A DNA stretch of 63,758 nt, the filler included, from Octopus bimaculoides (taxonomy: Eukaryota), in assembly GCF_001194135.2 (NCBI RefSeq). It is 5 parts of 4 records of this genome, joined end to end, with 100 filler letters (N's around TTAATTAATTAA, not from the genome) between each part and the next. Parts side by side here need not be neighbours in the genome. Positions count along the whole stretch, not along the records: positions 1 to 10,648 come from NC_068989.1; positions 10,749 to 36,333 come from NC_069000.1; 3 more parts are not named here. The stretch is one strand, 5' to 3'. Every line of letters starts with the position of its first letter. Within the stretch, counting starts at the first letter, position 1. The translations under genes and the position numbers were made by a program. Positions 1 through 14,645 of this stretch are shown in pieces. The notes under the pieces were generated by a model, which had not been told where the DNA came from, ran no database searches, and saw only the letters and a program-made list of their open reading frames with translations.

Positions 1-149
1 ATATATATATATAATAAGTTAATTTATTCTAAAATTGAATGAACTACTTAGGTTATATTTTTTCAGAGTTTTGTTTGTTTTCTTTTTTACTCCTGAGTTT
101 ATTTACTTAAAATACATGAAGTCTTATATTTAAATTTTTTTCTTTCTAG

Positions 150-1344
150 GTTTCATGTACCCCTGAAACTCCCTGCTATTGCCCAAAATATGGGCCATGT
201 CAAATGAAAAACTTTACTCTCACACTCAATGCCCTTATAGCAGCAAGAACTCATAAAGGTCAACATAATCGACATTATTTTGCTGCTATCCGAGTTGAAA
301 ATATGGCAGGTCTTTTCAATGAGGAACATCTGGATATCGTTTTGGATGAATCTCCTCCCAGCACAGGTTCTGTCAGGGAAGGAAAAAATACACTTCCTGA
401 TTTAGATTTCACAGGAAGTGAAAATTTAACTGTGAACTGGAATGGATTTGTTGATCATGAATCTGATATATATTATTATGTTGTTGGAGTTGCACCACGT
501 TGCTTAACCAAATTAGAACTGACCAGTCCATGTTATTCCTGTAATATCTCATATGACATCATAAATACTACAAAAACCTCTGCTCAGTTTTCACTTAAAA
601 AAGCTGGAAAGTACTTCTCAACTGTTATCGCTTACAATTATGCTTTGGAGGCATCTGATGCAGTTTGTTCAGATGGAGTGGTCTATGATGAGAGCCCACC
701 AAAACTAAAGGATGTTGTACTTACTGGAGCTAAAACGCAGGAGACTGTTGCTTGTTATAATGGAAAGGTTTGGAGAATAAACTTTGATTTAACCAAGAAG
801 CTTTTAACCCCAGCTGAAGCCTGCTTTCAAAACTGTAGTTCTATTGCTTCCAATTCAATTCTAGAAATCCTGAAAGAAAGAATCAGTGACACTATAGTCA
901 AAGCAAATATTTGTCCAAACAATTTCTCTTCATCACAGATTAATCTAATTGGTATTCCATCTAACAATATTCACTTGTCTTGGAAATACATAGAAGATGA
1001 GAGTGAGATTCTTGACTTCTTTGTTGGTATAAGCAGCAGCCATCAGTTGGAACAGCACCCTGACATTATGGCATACACATCGACCAACCAAAAGACTAGA
1101 TTCCAGAAGCACAGATTGGGTATTAAACCAGGAGACAGATTCTACATTTTCATCCGATCAGTGAACAAGGCTATGTATAGTAAAACAACAGTTATTGGAC
1201 CCTTAGTTTATGATCAGTCTCCCCCACTTTATAATGGGGGCTTAAATGTAAGCTTGAATGATGAATTCATCAATGTTTTGTGGCAGAATGACTCCTTTTA
1301 TGACCCAGAGGAAAATACTGATCTCCTCATCACTTACCAAATAA
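150..1344 (+). CDS. Gene A exon: large protein with repeated FN3/Ig-like modules (gene begins upstream of window)
   Basis: Acceptor tttctag at 148-149; open frame VSCTPETPCYC...YQI; donor gtaagt at 1345 (phase 1). Recurrent motifs LDESPP..G.V, VNWNGFVDHESDIYYYVVG, VYDESPP, LSWKYIEDESEILDFFVG, VYDQSPP. Confidence 0.85.
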
Positions 1345-1547
1345 GTAAGTTCTTTGTTATTCTTTTATTCTTTTTCTTGCTTCAGGCATTCGATTGTAGA
1401 CTCGAACAAATTGAGCCCATCATTTATTTTTAAGACTGGTACTTATAATTTATTCTATCAGTCTCCATTCTCCAAGCCTCTAAGTTACAGGGATGTAAAT
1501 AAACCAACACTGGTTGCCAAGCAATGCACAACAAACAAAAGATGCTC

Positions 1548-1590
<43 letters not shown>

Positions 1591-2114
1591 CACACACATA
1601 TACACATGCAAATATGAAATTTATATACATATACACACTCACATGCATAGCTGTGTGTGTATATATACATACATACATACATACATACATACACACATAA
1701 ACACACATACACACATATACATACATATATATATATACAAACAAAAGCATGCACACACACACACACACTACACATTTCCACCATCTCTGTTTACCAAATT
1801 CATTCACAAGGCTTATGTGAGCCCAAGGTTATAGTAGAAGACGCCCAAGGTTATAGTAGAAGACGCCCAAGATGCTGTACCTTAGAAGTGAGCCTGGGAC
1901 CATGTGGTTGGGAAGCAGATATCTTAACCACATACCCCTACTGCACCTAATGTGCACCTTTCTTTGTCTTGCATTTGCATAGTTATAGTTGTATATCTTG
2001 TAAACTACTAAATCATTGAAGTACTATAGTTTGCGTACTGCTGGAGTATCACTAAGGGTGGGGCCTGTGAGGACTGAAATATGGGAGGACATATTGCCAT
2101 GTTAAGTAAAATTA

Positions 2115-2450
2115 AAGGTACACGGCTCAGTAGTTAGAGTGTCATGCTCACAATCATGAGGTAGTGAGTTCAATTTTCAGACCAGGCTGGTTGTTGTGTT
2201 CTTGAGCAAGACACTTTATTTCACATCCCTCCAGTTCACTCAGCTGTAAAAATGAGTTGCGATGTCAAGGGTGTCAAGCTGTATTGGCCTTTGCCTTTCT
2301 CTTGGATAATATTGGTGGCGTGAAGAGGGGAGGCTGGTACACATGGATGACTGCTGGTCTTTCATAAACAACCTTGCCCGAACTTGTACTTTGAAGGGGA
2401 ACTTTCTCGGTGCAATCCTATGGTCATTCATGATCAAAGCGGGTTTTTAC
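2115..2450 (+). mobile_element. tRNA-derived SINE (family C)
   Basis: ggctcagtagttagag...gagttcaatt...ttgagcaagacactt...cagttcactcagctg; minus-strand copy 27190-27505. Confidence 0.8.
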
Positions 2451-4298
2451 TTTAAAGGGATTGTGAATTTTTAAATTTGTCCCATGCCATAATGAAGAAA
2501 GAAAAATTATATGAATGTAAGGTCCATTTATAATAAAAAGAGATGACAGGTGGAGTGGGGTTAAAAATATTTCATCAATATTTTGGGATGGCACAAAACA
2601 GCACTGAAAACATGCTGTAAAGTGGTTGTCATTAGGAAGGGCACGAAGCCATATAAGTTATTCTAAAGTAGGCAATGGAGCATGATGCAGTCTTTGGATC
2701 TGTCAAACCTTGTCAAAGTGTCCAATCCATGTCAGCATGGGACATATATGTTAAAAGACAGTGGTGATGAGAATTATTGCACTTAAGGGTTCCCATACCG
2801 CTGGTCCATAGAAATGTAGGAGTCTAACACAACACCCATCAAACAAATTCATGAACTACACATTCCTCATACAATCTTCTATGATTATCTGTTCCTTCAG
2901 TTAACCACAAACTAACATATTGAATGTAGTGAACCAAAACAAAAATTTCAATCAATTGAAATTACATCTAATATGTAATTGGATATGTACAATCCAATAT
3001 GAAAAAAATTATGAGTTTTCATGACAGTTTTTGTTAAGGATAACAAGGGAGAGAAATTTGAATTTTAAATTAATAAAAAATTCCATACAAGTCATACAGT
3101 AGAGAATGAGTCTGATCTTTGGTAGGGACAAGGCCAATTCCACACATGGTTTCATCTTGTTTCATGTTTCCCTCCCCATCTATTATCAATGTCTGTTTAT
3201 AACTGCTTGGTCAAGGTCATTGAGAGTAAAATACCTTGCTTAGAAACACAACACAGCACTGGTTATGAAATATGAACCGTCAGCTCTCTGATAGGTAACC
3301 TATTGCCCTAACCCTAATACTACAGACTTCTCAAGCTACCTGTCCTTCAGTTATAAGATTATGTTTACATCTGATTTATTTAGTGATTCCCTAAAATTAA
3401 GATAAGTAGCAGCAGTAACTAATAATCTAATTCTAAAACATAGTGTATAAAATCTGTACATGTACCAGTCACAAACCACACCACACACAAACTGGTACAT
3501 ATTTTCTTTGCCTGGCAACTAACTGTCTTAAAAGACAAAAGAATTTTGAACCAAGAACTGCAACCCTGCACAGGAGGGGTGACCATGTCTCCACCCTGTT
3601 GTGACAACTTTTTAAAGTGGTGCTGAAGTGACCACTTCAGGGCACAAGTGTGGATAGGATGTATGGAGTAGCACCAGAATTTTCCTCTCAGTATTAATGG
3701 CACAGTCTAAAACAGGGTCGGCATACTTCTTGTATCGTTGATCCTTTCATGGAATTGTTGGCAACTTGTTGATCACCATCATGTAAATTTCTAAATTAAG
3801 ATTAAGATGTATAAAGAAGTAAAAAATTCTTTTTTTAAATGCTATAAGTACTTAATTCTTGAGTTATTATGGCTTTTTAATAAGAAATATTTAAAGAAAT
3901 TAAATGAAAATATCATGAAACTGATAAAGAGCAATAAAAATTGAGTCATATTGTATTATATTGGCACAGTTGGAATATATAATATGAAATATCTGTTCAG
4001 TTAATACATATTATTGCATTGATATTTGACTGCAAATTGGTGAGTTTTAGCCTTAAATTACTGTTTTTTCCTGGTTTGATTCACTTACAACTCAGCACCA
4101 TTAATGCTTAAAATTGTTTCAGGTGTTTATTGACCCTTTGGATAGCCACATAAAATCAGTTGTTTGCAAAGCAAACTTCTTAACCATATAGCCTTACCTA
4201 TGCTTATTATATAAATAATAGAAATAGAAATAATAAAAACAATTAACAATGATAATGTTAATAATTTAATATTTTTAATATTTTTTAAATTTTCACAG

Positions 4299-5689
4299 AA
4301 AACAGTTTAACTAAAGAAGCTGTGACACCCAAGTGGACTGTACAGGGACATAGTATCTGTTCTGGAGAACTTCATTGCATAAAGCTGAACATTGATAAAT
4401 TGGGTATTGCAGAGCCAGAGACTTCTCTCTCATATTTCTTTGAACTTAACATATTTAACATGGCTGGTCTCTTCACAACAGCAGCTTCTCCTCATTTCCA
4501 TCTACCAATGAAACATCCATTTAACCATGGCAGAGTTATTGACTTAAATCCAGCTTCTGAATCAGACAAACAAATTCATATGCATAGTACCCTCAACAAA
4601 GCTTGCATATGTCTGAAAGATTTTCATCCCAGCATGAAGTTGCTTGTTGGAATAGGTTCAAATCGATTCACTGCAGATGTGGTACCATTTCAACCTGTGA
4701 CCAACAAGAGACGCTATTGCATATCCAGTCCTAATATTAAAAGTTTCCATCAATATTTCACAGTCGTTAATATGACAATGCATTTGCGGAGCTTGCTTAT
4801 CGCATCTGATGGATTTATTATCATTGATCAACAGAAAATTGAGAAACAGATGAACATTTTCAATGGCCAGAATGGATGTTCACACAATGACTCCATTAAA
4901 ATATCATTCCACAACAATGCCAAAACAAAAATATTTGAGGTCAAGTTTTTACAGGACATTGTTGTTGGACATTTGTACATGATAGGCTTTGAAGCAGCTG
5001 ATGGACATTTCAATGTGAGTGGCAATATGGTCAAAACAATGCCACACCAATCAGTTTCTTTCAATAACACTGTCTATCGGTCTTTTATTGCATTGAATCC
5101 AAGACCCACCATTCAAGTATCATTCAGACAGGGACTAACTAACAGAAACAAGATTCCTCAACCGATATTGAGAACATGTCCAGTCAGTGTCAATTTCCAA
5201 ACATCAAAACACCAAATGTCAGCTAACTGGGAAATAAAGGGACCTTATTCACAATATGTGACCCACTTTAAGCTAAGGTTGGTAGACAGAACTTGTCTGA
5301 ACAATGGTGGGAAAATATGTTCTGTGATGAATCCTCATCATTTAGAGAAAGTGTTCCATGCTAATCAGAAGAACTTAAATTTAATAAGTGGTCATAAATA
5401 TAGCTTTTCAATACAGGCTTGTGCAGGAGAAGCTGGCTGCACAAAACCAGTTTTGTCTGCTGGGGCTTTAATCCTTGATAAAATTCCTACTGAAGGCAAG
5501 ATCCAAGCTCATTTGTTAGCTTCTCAAAATGGGTCACAGATCAAAGTTCAGTGGGAAGGATTTAATTGCATATCTGGCAGTCATATGACAGATCCTATCG
5601 TATTTCAACTGAATGCCTTTTACCAAAACCAATCTTTGTTCCACCCTGCTCACTATATTATGAACCCTAAAAACCAAAAGATATTTCAG
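4299..5689 (+). CDS. Gene A exon (1391 nt)
   Basis: Acceptor tttcacag (phase 1, matches previous donor); frame of track ORF 4322-5731; donor cag|gtatgt (phase 0). Motifs FNMAGL, LILDKIP..GKI, IKVQWEGF. Confidence 0.8.
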
Positions 5690-6245
5690 GTATGTACTAA
5701 ACTATATGATGTATTTGCTAAAACCACTTAAAATCTGATAAAAATTTTCTTTGAAATTTCCCAAGAGCTTTATCTTTTAGTTTCCCTTATATTATCTTCC
5801 TCTTTCTCCTCTTCCTCCTCATCATCATCACTTTTATATCCACTTTTCCATGCTCACATAGATTGGGTGGAATTTTGTTGAGGTGGGTTTTCTACAGCTG
5901 GATGCCTTTCCTATCATCAACCCTCATCTGTTTCCAAATGAGATAATATTTCCCCATAACCAGACATGTCTTCAAGGAAGATTGCAATTGGAGGATCTGC
6001 TTGTATGATGGTGTCATTCGTTTACAACTATCACATATTGCCAAAGCAAAGTGGCAGTGACAGTGACAGATACACACACATACACACACACACACACACA
6101 TATATATATACACTAATACATATACATACACACACACAAACACATGGACACATATATCTACAACAAACTCCTTTTAGTTTCCATCAATTCAGGCCTCTCA
6201 CAAGGCTTTGATTAGACTGCAGTTATGTGTGTGTGTGTGTGTGTC

Positions 6246-6281
<36 letters not shown>

Positions 6282-6804
6282 TATCATCTTCATCATCATC
6301 ATCTTCAACATCATCATCATCATCATCATCATCATTTAACGACTATTTTCTATGCTACTATAGTTTGACATAAGCTGGCAAACAGAAGAGCTCCACTGGG
6401 CTCTAGTTGTCTGTTTTGGCATAGTTTCTATGGCTAGATGCCCTTCCTAATGCCAACCACATTACAAAGTATGCTGGGTGCTTCATACATGGCACCAGCA
6501 TGGATACTTTATAAGTGACACGAACATAGATGCTTTATATGTGGCACCAGCACAGGTGCTTTTTACATTGCACCAGCATCCATGAGATCACAAGACAAGG
6601 ACCTCGCAACTGCATAAATTTGCATTACTTACATATTTATGTATATGCTTTAGATAGCAAAATGAATTTAATGTATATCAGTAGAATATATTTATAATCA
6701 TCGTTATTGTCATCATTATCATCATCACACTTATTCATCATTATCATCATCATCATCATTATTATTATCATCCTTACTATTGCTAGATCTTCTCTTTCTT
6801 TCAG

Positions 6805-7492
6805 GACCAGATTATGTTCAATCGTACTCTCCAAGGGACTGAAACTATAAGCTTGACAACTTATTGTCTGTCGGGTCTGACCAGAGAAACCAAAGTTTCA
6901 CTCTTGATTGACAATCAAGATTCAAAAACTAGTGATACCAACCTCGAGATCTGTGAATTCAGGACTGACCTTGCTGCTTCTGTAAATCTTTTGTCTGTGA
7001 CTGATCCAAAAGTGATTGATCGTTTCTGCAGCCATAATGAAACTGACTTCATCTCACATATGAATGGCCAAGTTGGTGCCATTGTAACAGAGTTTGCTGT
7101 CACTGTCTCAGACTGGTTTTTGATGTTTGTGGCAGAACCACCCAAAGATCAATGTTCTAGTACAATAAACTGTTTGAAAACTTTGAAATCAAACAGTAAA
7201 ACAATAATATTTGATATTAAAGACATACCACCAAATAAGATATATTACATATGTGTTAAAGGAGTGAAGAGCTTGCCTTCAGGCATTTTCCAGCCATATG
7301 GTTCTTGTGGAGATGGATTCTTAGTTGATGCTAACCCACCATTAAAAGGACATGTCGTGATTGAGAACTCTTATAATGGTTTTCTTAGTACTCTTGATAC
7401 CATTGTTATCCACTGGGATGGCTTCACTGATAAAAACACTGTATTCATAAATCCTTTTTATCCTCGAATTGCTTCTTATTCATATTTTGTAG
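6805..7492 (+). CDS. Gene A exon (688 nt)
   Basis: Acceptor ctttcag (phase 0); ORF 6814-7512 frame; motif CGDGFLVDANPPLKGHV...IVIHWDGFTD; donor ag|gtaagt (phase 1). Confidence 0.85.
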
Positions 7493-8473
7493 GTAAGTTC
7501 ACTTTTGCTTAACTGCTTTGATTGTTATATAAATGATAAGTGCTGGCATGGTTGTGTGGTTAAGAAGTTAACCTCACAGCATTGTTGCTTTAAGTTCAGT
7601 CCCATTGTGTGGCACCTCCAGCAAGTGTATTTTATCATAGCCTTAAGCCACCCAGTGCCTTCTGAATGGAATTGGTAGGCTGAAACTGTATGTAAGCCAG
7701 CAGTATGTATTTTTTCTTTTAACCCTTTGCCTGTCCAAAGCATTTTCATCAGCTTTTCCTAAATGTCTATGCTTGCTTTCAAACTTTTAGTTAGCCCATG
7801 TTTCATATGTTCTGAGTAATATAAAACTTTCCTTTCGTAACTCCCAAGTTACTCTGGTGGTTGAAAAATATTTGGAATATGTATCCTATATGATGCACAG
7901 TTGCAGGGAAATATGTCAAGTGTATTACACGTGATGCACTAGTCAGCAAAGTTGTTAACCCTTTTGTTACCATATTTCGGCTGAGACACGCTGCATTTGT
8001 TTCAATTAATTTTGAAAATAACCAAGAATTTAGTAACACTGTCATTGAAGCTTTGCCTTGTGTGTAAATGATATAAATATTTGGAAAAACTTTTGAGCAA
8101 TGTGAGAAATTAGGCAAAATATTTAAGGTGATGCCAATAATTAAAAACAAAGAGGATGATATTGTATTAAATTTCATAAGTTGTTGAATGACTTCATAAT
8201 ATTTTGGGAAAAATTCCCGTTTTCAAACAGAAGCAAGAAAATAATCAAAATGTTCAAAGAAATGTATTGTCATTGACAGGCCATTCTGTTATATTAATTT
8301 GAGAACATACTATTGGGTTATCTATTTCATCCCTCAACAGCCGTGAATCAAACCTTTCGTAAATGCCTCTCTTTATAAGATAAAGCATTGCCTGTAATCA
8401 AGCTACTTCTTTGATATCCTAGCATGAGATGCTTACTCATAAACAATCTTTGTCTCTTACCTGTATATTTTAG

Positions 8474-8590
8474 GTAGTTATCCAGGAACTCATGATATTG
8501 TTGCTCCTGTTGATGTTGGTGTAACCAGTCAAGCAGTATGTGAAAAATTATCTCTTCCAAATGGTCAACAGATCTTTGTAACTGTTACAG
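8474..8590 (+). CDS. Gene A exon (not in ORF track)
   Basis: Acceptor ttttag, phase 1 to phase 1; reads (G)SYPGTHDIVAPVDVGVTSQAVCEKLSLPNGQQIFVTVT, completing the module (YFVG-SYPGTHDI); donor ag|gtattt. Confidence 0.8.
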
Positions 8591-9029
8591 GTATTTACTA
8601 TATTTTTATTTATTTACTCTTTACTTGACGCTAAGCCACCAGTTTGTAAGGAAACAGTTATTAATTGAATCAACCACATTATAGTATTACTGGTACTTAT
8701 TTTACTGGCTTATGTGGATGTGGGCAAAAGGCAATAAAATCCTAACTAGATATTAATTCAAAATATATAGAGATTGAATGCAATCTTGCAAGACATTTAG
8801 TTTGATTCTCCCTCATTTCTGGTACTCTAACACTTTAAATGAATTAATAATATCTGAAGTGTTTCACAACTTCATAAAATCAGAAAGTTTGGGCAATATT
8901 TTTTTGAACAGTGTTAAAGAATAAGTGGCTAGTATTTTTAAATGTTGAATACTAGTATGCTCTGCTGGGTGCGTAATGTAAGGCTAATATGCTCCACTGG
9001 ATGTGTAATATAAGAGTACATGTTCAACA

Positions 9030-9660
9030 GAGTGTCAGTATTCTGAGAGAGAAGTTAGGCATAAAAGGAATTGGTCACTGTGTGCAAGAAAGAAGACTGC
9101 ACTGGTTTTGTCATGCGATGTGGATGGATGCCAAGAGTTCCATCTCTCAAACTGGATGGAACACGTAGAAGTGGGAGACCCAGGAAGACATGGGATGAAA
9201 TACTGAAGAATGACCTCAGGAAATTGAACCTTTAAGGTGAGATGACACAGGACTAAGATACTTGGCACCTTGCCATACTCAAGAAGACCCATACTTCACA
9301 GCAGAAGTGTTAAGACCAATCCTTCTGGTGGTGTAAAGCACTCGTGGCTGCGTCATGTAAAAGCACCTGTGTGGCAACATGTAAAAGCATCTGTGCAGTG
9401 TCATGTAAAAGTGCTCATATAGTGCCACATAAAAGCACCCATGCAGTGCCATGTAAAACCGCCCGTGTGGTGCTATGTAAAAGTGCCCATGCAGTATCAC
9501 GTGAAAGCACCCAGAACACACTGTAAAGTGGTTGGCATTAGGCAAGGCATCCAGCCATAGAAACCATACCAAATCAGACTGGAGTCTGCTGCAGCTCCCC
9601 AGCTTGCCAACCCATGCCAACATGGACAACAGATGTTAAATGATGCTGATGATGATGAGT
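9030..9660 (+). mobile_element. RTE LINE 3' end with 24-bp minisatellite and (GAT)n tail
   Basis: LREKLGI...ERRLHWFCH...GRPRKTWDEILKNDL; tandem gtgccatgtaaaagcacccatgca-like units about 9330-9520; gatgatgatga tail. Confidence 0.8.
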
Positions 9661-10223
9661 CAACAAACAATTCACAGATTAAATGGTCTTTGATGCAATG
9701 TTTTGTAATATAAGTTGAGACAGATAGCCTAAATGTCAGAAAAGGGAGTTATAATATCTAGAGATACAGGATATCAATAGAAAGGGGTTTATATTTTGAC
9801 GTACAGAAAATTAACAAGAGGGTATTATATCTTGGTCTACAGAAGATAGGCCACCATGAAGAAGTTTTAATGTCTTGAGGTAGGGAAGACAACCACCATA
9901 AAATGGGAGATTAAAATCTACAGATCAACAGGAGCCACAGAAGATCAGCAGGGGCTACAGAAGGTCAATGGGATAGTGTTATATCTTGGGACACAGGACA
10001 TGATAATACCATGCCTTCTTTATCTTCCATGACTTGAGGCATGAAAGATCAATAAGACACACACACACATACACACACACACACATACACACACACACAC
10101 ACACACAAACATACACACATACATACACATACATACATACCTACATACATACATACGTACCTACATACATACATGCATACATACATACACACACACACAC
10201 ACATACACACACACATACATACA

Positions 10224-10254
<31 letters not shown>

Positions 10255-10366
10255 GTATATATAATCATCCAAGAATTGCTGAGTCAGAAAACAGGTACTC
10301 ATATGTTTGTCAATCGAGTAGATATAATTGATAGTTATACTATACAATGTTATAGATTCATTTCAG

Positions 10367-10474
10367 CCAATCGGTTTCTTACACAAAAGTCTGGGGGAAG
10401 TATATTCTTCCTACCAGTACCAAGATTTGCTTTCCACAAACCAATTGATAAAACTGGATCTATGATACTGTATT
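10367..10474 (+). CDS. Possible further Gene A exon
   Basis: Phase-1 acceptor catttcag gives (A)NRFLTQKSGGSIFFLPVPRFAFHKPIDKTGSMILY; donor (gtatgt) uncertain; no family motif. Confidence 0.3.
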
Positions 10475-10530
10475 GTATGTGTGTGTGTGTGAGTGTACTC
10501 ACTCACACACATACACACACACACACACAC

Positions 10531-10598
<68 letters not shown>

Positions 10599-10748
10599 CA
10601 TCATCATCATCGTTTAACGTCCGCTTTCCATGCTAGCTTGGGTTGGACNNNNNNNNNNNNNNNNNNNNNNNNNNNNNNNNNNNNNNNNNNNNTTAATTAA
10701 TTAANNNNNNNNNNNNNNNNNNNNNNNNNNNNNNNNNNNNNNNNNNNN

Positions 10749-10790
<42 letters not shown>

Positions 10791-13012
10791 AAGCACAGAG
10801 GCCGTGTCTGCAGTTGCCATCAGTGTTAAGGTTCAAATATTTCCCTATACAAATATAGAGTCATAAAAGTGTTTATATATTTATATTTTAACTAAACACA
10901 CAGTTGAAACGTAAGGTAAGAGCATAGAGAGAAACTTAAACATACATATTTACACACACCATCATACGCTCACCCCACCTCCGACACGCATTCATATAGA
11001 TTGGCAAAAATATTTTGATATGCCTCCTCCTTCTACATCTCCACTTTCCTTCACTCTTTCTTTGTCTCTCTCTCTCTCTCTTTCTTTCTCTATCTGTCCA
11101 CCCGCTCCTACATTCATGTAACCATACACTCACACGCATATATGCATGTACATATATTTATAAACCTATATATGTGTATATGTATGTATAATGTGTACAT
11201 AGATATATATCTATATATATTTGTATACAGACACGCACACACACATATATATACATATATATGTCTATCTATCTATCTATCTATATAGATACATACATAT
11301 ATATATATATACACACATATATATATATACACATACATATACATATATAGATACATAGACATACATATATCTGTATACAAATACATATATATGTGTGTAT
11401 ATATGTCTATATATGTATAGTGTATATATATGCCTATATAGGTACATGTTTATAGATGCATATATATGCGTATGTAAATATGTGTATATATATGTATAGA
11501 TAATGTGTGTATGTATATGTATATATATATATATATATATATNNNNNNNNNNNNNNNNNNNNNNNNNNNNNNNNNNNNNNNNNNNNNNNNNNNNNNNNNN
11601 NNNNNNNNNNNNNNNNNNNNNNNNNNNNNNNNNNNNNNNNNNNNNNNNNNNNNNNNNNNNNNNNNNNNNNNNNNNNNNNNNNNNNNNNNNNNNNNNNNNN
11701 NNNNNNNNNNNNNNNNNNNNNNNNNNNNNNNNNNNNNNNNNNNNNNNNNNNNNNNNNNNNNNNNNNNNNNNNNNNNNNNNNNNNNNNNNNNNNNNNNNNN
11801 NNNNNNNNNNNNNNNNNNNNNNNNNNNNNNNNNNNNNNNNNNNNNNNNNNNNNNNNNNNNNNNNNNNNNNNNNNNNNNNNNNNNNNNNNNNNNNNNNNNN
11901 NNNNNNNNNNNNNNNNNNNNNNNNNNNNNNNNNNNNNNNNNNNNNNNNNNNNNNNNNNNNNNNNNNNNNNNNNNNNNNNNNNNNNNNNNNNNNNNNNNNN
12001 NNNNNNNNNNNNNNNNNNNNNNNNNNNNNNNNNNNNNNNNNNNNNNNNNNNNNNNNNNNNNNNNNNNNNNNNNNNNNNNNNNNNNNNNNNNNNNNNNNNN
12101 NNNNNNNNNNNNNNNNNNNNNNNNNNNNNNNNNNNNNNNNNNNNNNNNNNNNNNNNNNNNNNNNNNNNNNNNNNNNNNNNNNNNNNNNNNNNNNNNNNNN
12201 NNNNNNNNNNNNNNNNNNNNNNNNNNNNNNNNNNNNNNNNNNNNNNNNNNNNNNNNNNNNNNNNNNNNNNNNNNNNNNNNNNNNNNNNNNNNNNNNNNNN
12301 NNNNNNNNNNNNNNNNNNNNNNNNNNNNNNNNNNNNNNNNNNNNNNNNNNNNNNNNNNNNNNNNNNNNNNNNNNNNNNNNNNNNNNNNNNNNNNNNNNNN
12401 NNNNNNNNNNNNNNNNNNNNNNNNNNNNNNNNNNNNNNNNNNNNNNNNNNNNNNNNNNNNNNNNNNNNNNNNNNNNNNNNNNNNNNNNNNNNNNNNTATA
12501 TATATATATATATATATGACTGTGTGCTTTTGATGTTTTTGAGGTTTCCCCTTCATAACACTTTTGCACAACTAACTACTTTAGCATAAACATACACATC
12601 CTTGTATACATACGCAGGCATGTGCACACACATACACAATCACACATTTATATACACCGGACCTTTGTAACATATGGATATGACATTACCCATTATGCTT
12701 TACTCTATTTGGGAGGTGGGGACCAGAATTTGTGAGTGTGTGTGTGCTTCTATGTATGTACGTGTGTGTGTGTTTAGGTGTGTGTGTATATATATATATA
12801 TATGTGCGGCTGTTTTGTGTGCATGTGCTCGCATTTTTGATTTCGTGTTAGTATGTGTTATATACGGTTGTAGTTCTGTATGGCGAAATGTATGTTAAAG
12901 TTTCTTATTAGGTGTATGTGAGTGTTATGTGTATATGTGTGTATGAACTCGCATATGTATGTGGTTATATGTACATGTAAATATACACACACATATAGAC
13001 ATGCATATATGC

Positions 13013-13044
<32 letters not shown>

Positions 13045-14436
13045 NNNNNNNNNNNNNNNNNNNNNNNNNNNNNNNNNNNNNNNNNNNNNNNNNNNNNNNN
13101 NNNNNNNNNNNNNNNNNNNNNNNNNNNNNNNNNNNNNNNNNNNNNNNNNNNNNNNNNNNNNNNNNNNNNNNNNNNNNNNNNNNNNNNNNNNNNNNNNNNN
13201 NNNNNNNNNNNNNNNNNNNNNNNNNNNNNNNNNNNNNNNNNNNNNNNNNNNNNNNNNNNNNNNNNNNNNNNNNNNNNNNNNNNNNNNNNNNNNNNNNNNN
13301 NNNNNNNNNNNNNNNNNNNNNNNNNNNNNNNNNNNNNNNNNNNNNNNNNNNNNNNNNNNNNNNNNNNNNNNNNNNNNNTATATATATGTATATGTATATA
13401 TATGTATTTATACATATATATATATATACATATATATATGTATATATATGTACGCACATATATATACACCCTGTTACTTGCGTGTTTGCATGTACATATA
13501 TTAAATGTTCTTTGGAATACAGAATCGCGCGCGCGCGCGCGCACACACACACACACACACATAAACACACGTACGTGCATGCACGCACACCTTTACATAT
13601 ACATACATTGCATCGACATGTAAAAATGTACAAGTTACGTACATTTTGTACGTAATTCGAGCTCTCTTGCAAAGCCCTTGCATACCAATTTTCTCAAGTC
13701 TATTGGCAATATGTCGGGTGTTTCCGTACCTCACCGTATCACACCATATTGCATAATATAAATTGCAGCACCGCTGACGAAGGTGACATGTTATGACAGA
13801 CTTCTATGATCATGAGGCTGTGTAAAACAGAATATAGTCTATATTTAAAAACTGTATTAGCATAACATACTGTATGTCTGTAGTTGAAACGCCAGAAGCT
13901 GCAGTTTTCGTCCGAGAAAATCCCTTTATGAACATATTTTCTCACTAAATCCTATAGTTTTCAGAGCTATGTATTTCGCCGTTTTTGCAGAACTTCAGTG
14001 TCATGTAATCAGCCCACTCTCAAAACAGAATCAAAGCAGTTAACCTAAAGCATACTGGTCTGTAAAGGCTGATCCGATTTAGACATGGATGTGACACGGG
14101 TATGTGATATTGAAAAGCTGCAACAACTGCGAAATACGTATCACTTCGCTCTAAAGTATAGAGAGGAAGTATGACGCAGCGAAAAGCCGTCAAAGGCAAG
14201 ATGGTAGTGTTGGAGAAGCGGAAAGATTCTGTCTATCGCACAATCCATCTGACGAATTACAGCAATGTTTCCGGCTATCTAATTTCCCTTTCATGTCTTG
14301 AGTTGACTCGAAGTGACAGTGAACGACACTTGCTCTCGTGCCGGGCAATAGAATCAAAACTGGACATATTATTGCAGGTCGAAATTTTTAATTACTTCGC
14401 CATACCTCGCTCGTTATATTTATTTCTGTATTGTCC

Positions 14437-14645
14437 ACAGGGGGCTAAGCATAGAGGGGACAGACAAAGGGATTAATTCGATTGCAGCGACCCCAGTGCG
14501 TAACTGGTACTTATTTAATCGACCCCGAAAGGATGAAAGGCAAAGTCAACCTTGGCGGAATTTGAACTCAGAACGTAACGGAAGACAAAATACTGCTAAG
14601 CATTTTGCCTGGCGTGCTAACGATTCCACCAGCTCGCTACCTTTC
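14437..14645 (-). mobile_element. SINE family B, CpG-rich copy
   Basis: Reverse complement of the 46907 copy. Confidence 0.85.

Noticed and set aside
8348-8560. Minus-strand ORF
   Set aside because: Antisense shadow of the Gene A exon 8474-8590.
9344-9526. Cys-periodic ORF MAASCKSTCVATCKS...
   Set aside because: Translation of a 24-bp minisatellite in an RTE 3' UTR.
10693-10704. ttaattaattaa inside N-runs (also 36378, 52181, 61521)
   Set aside because: Identical six-frame-stop spacer centred in gaps of about 100 nt; an assembly/scaffolding artefact.
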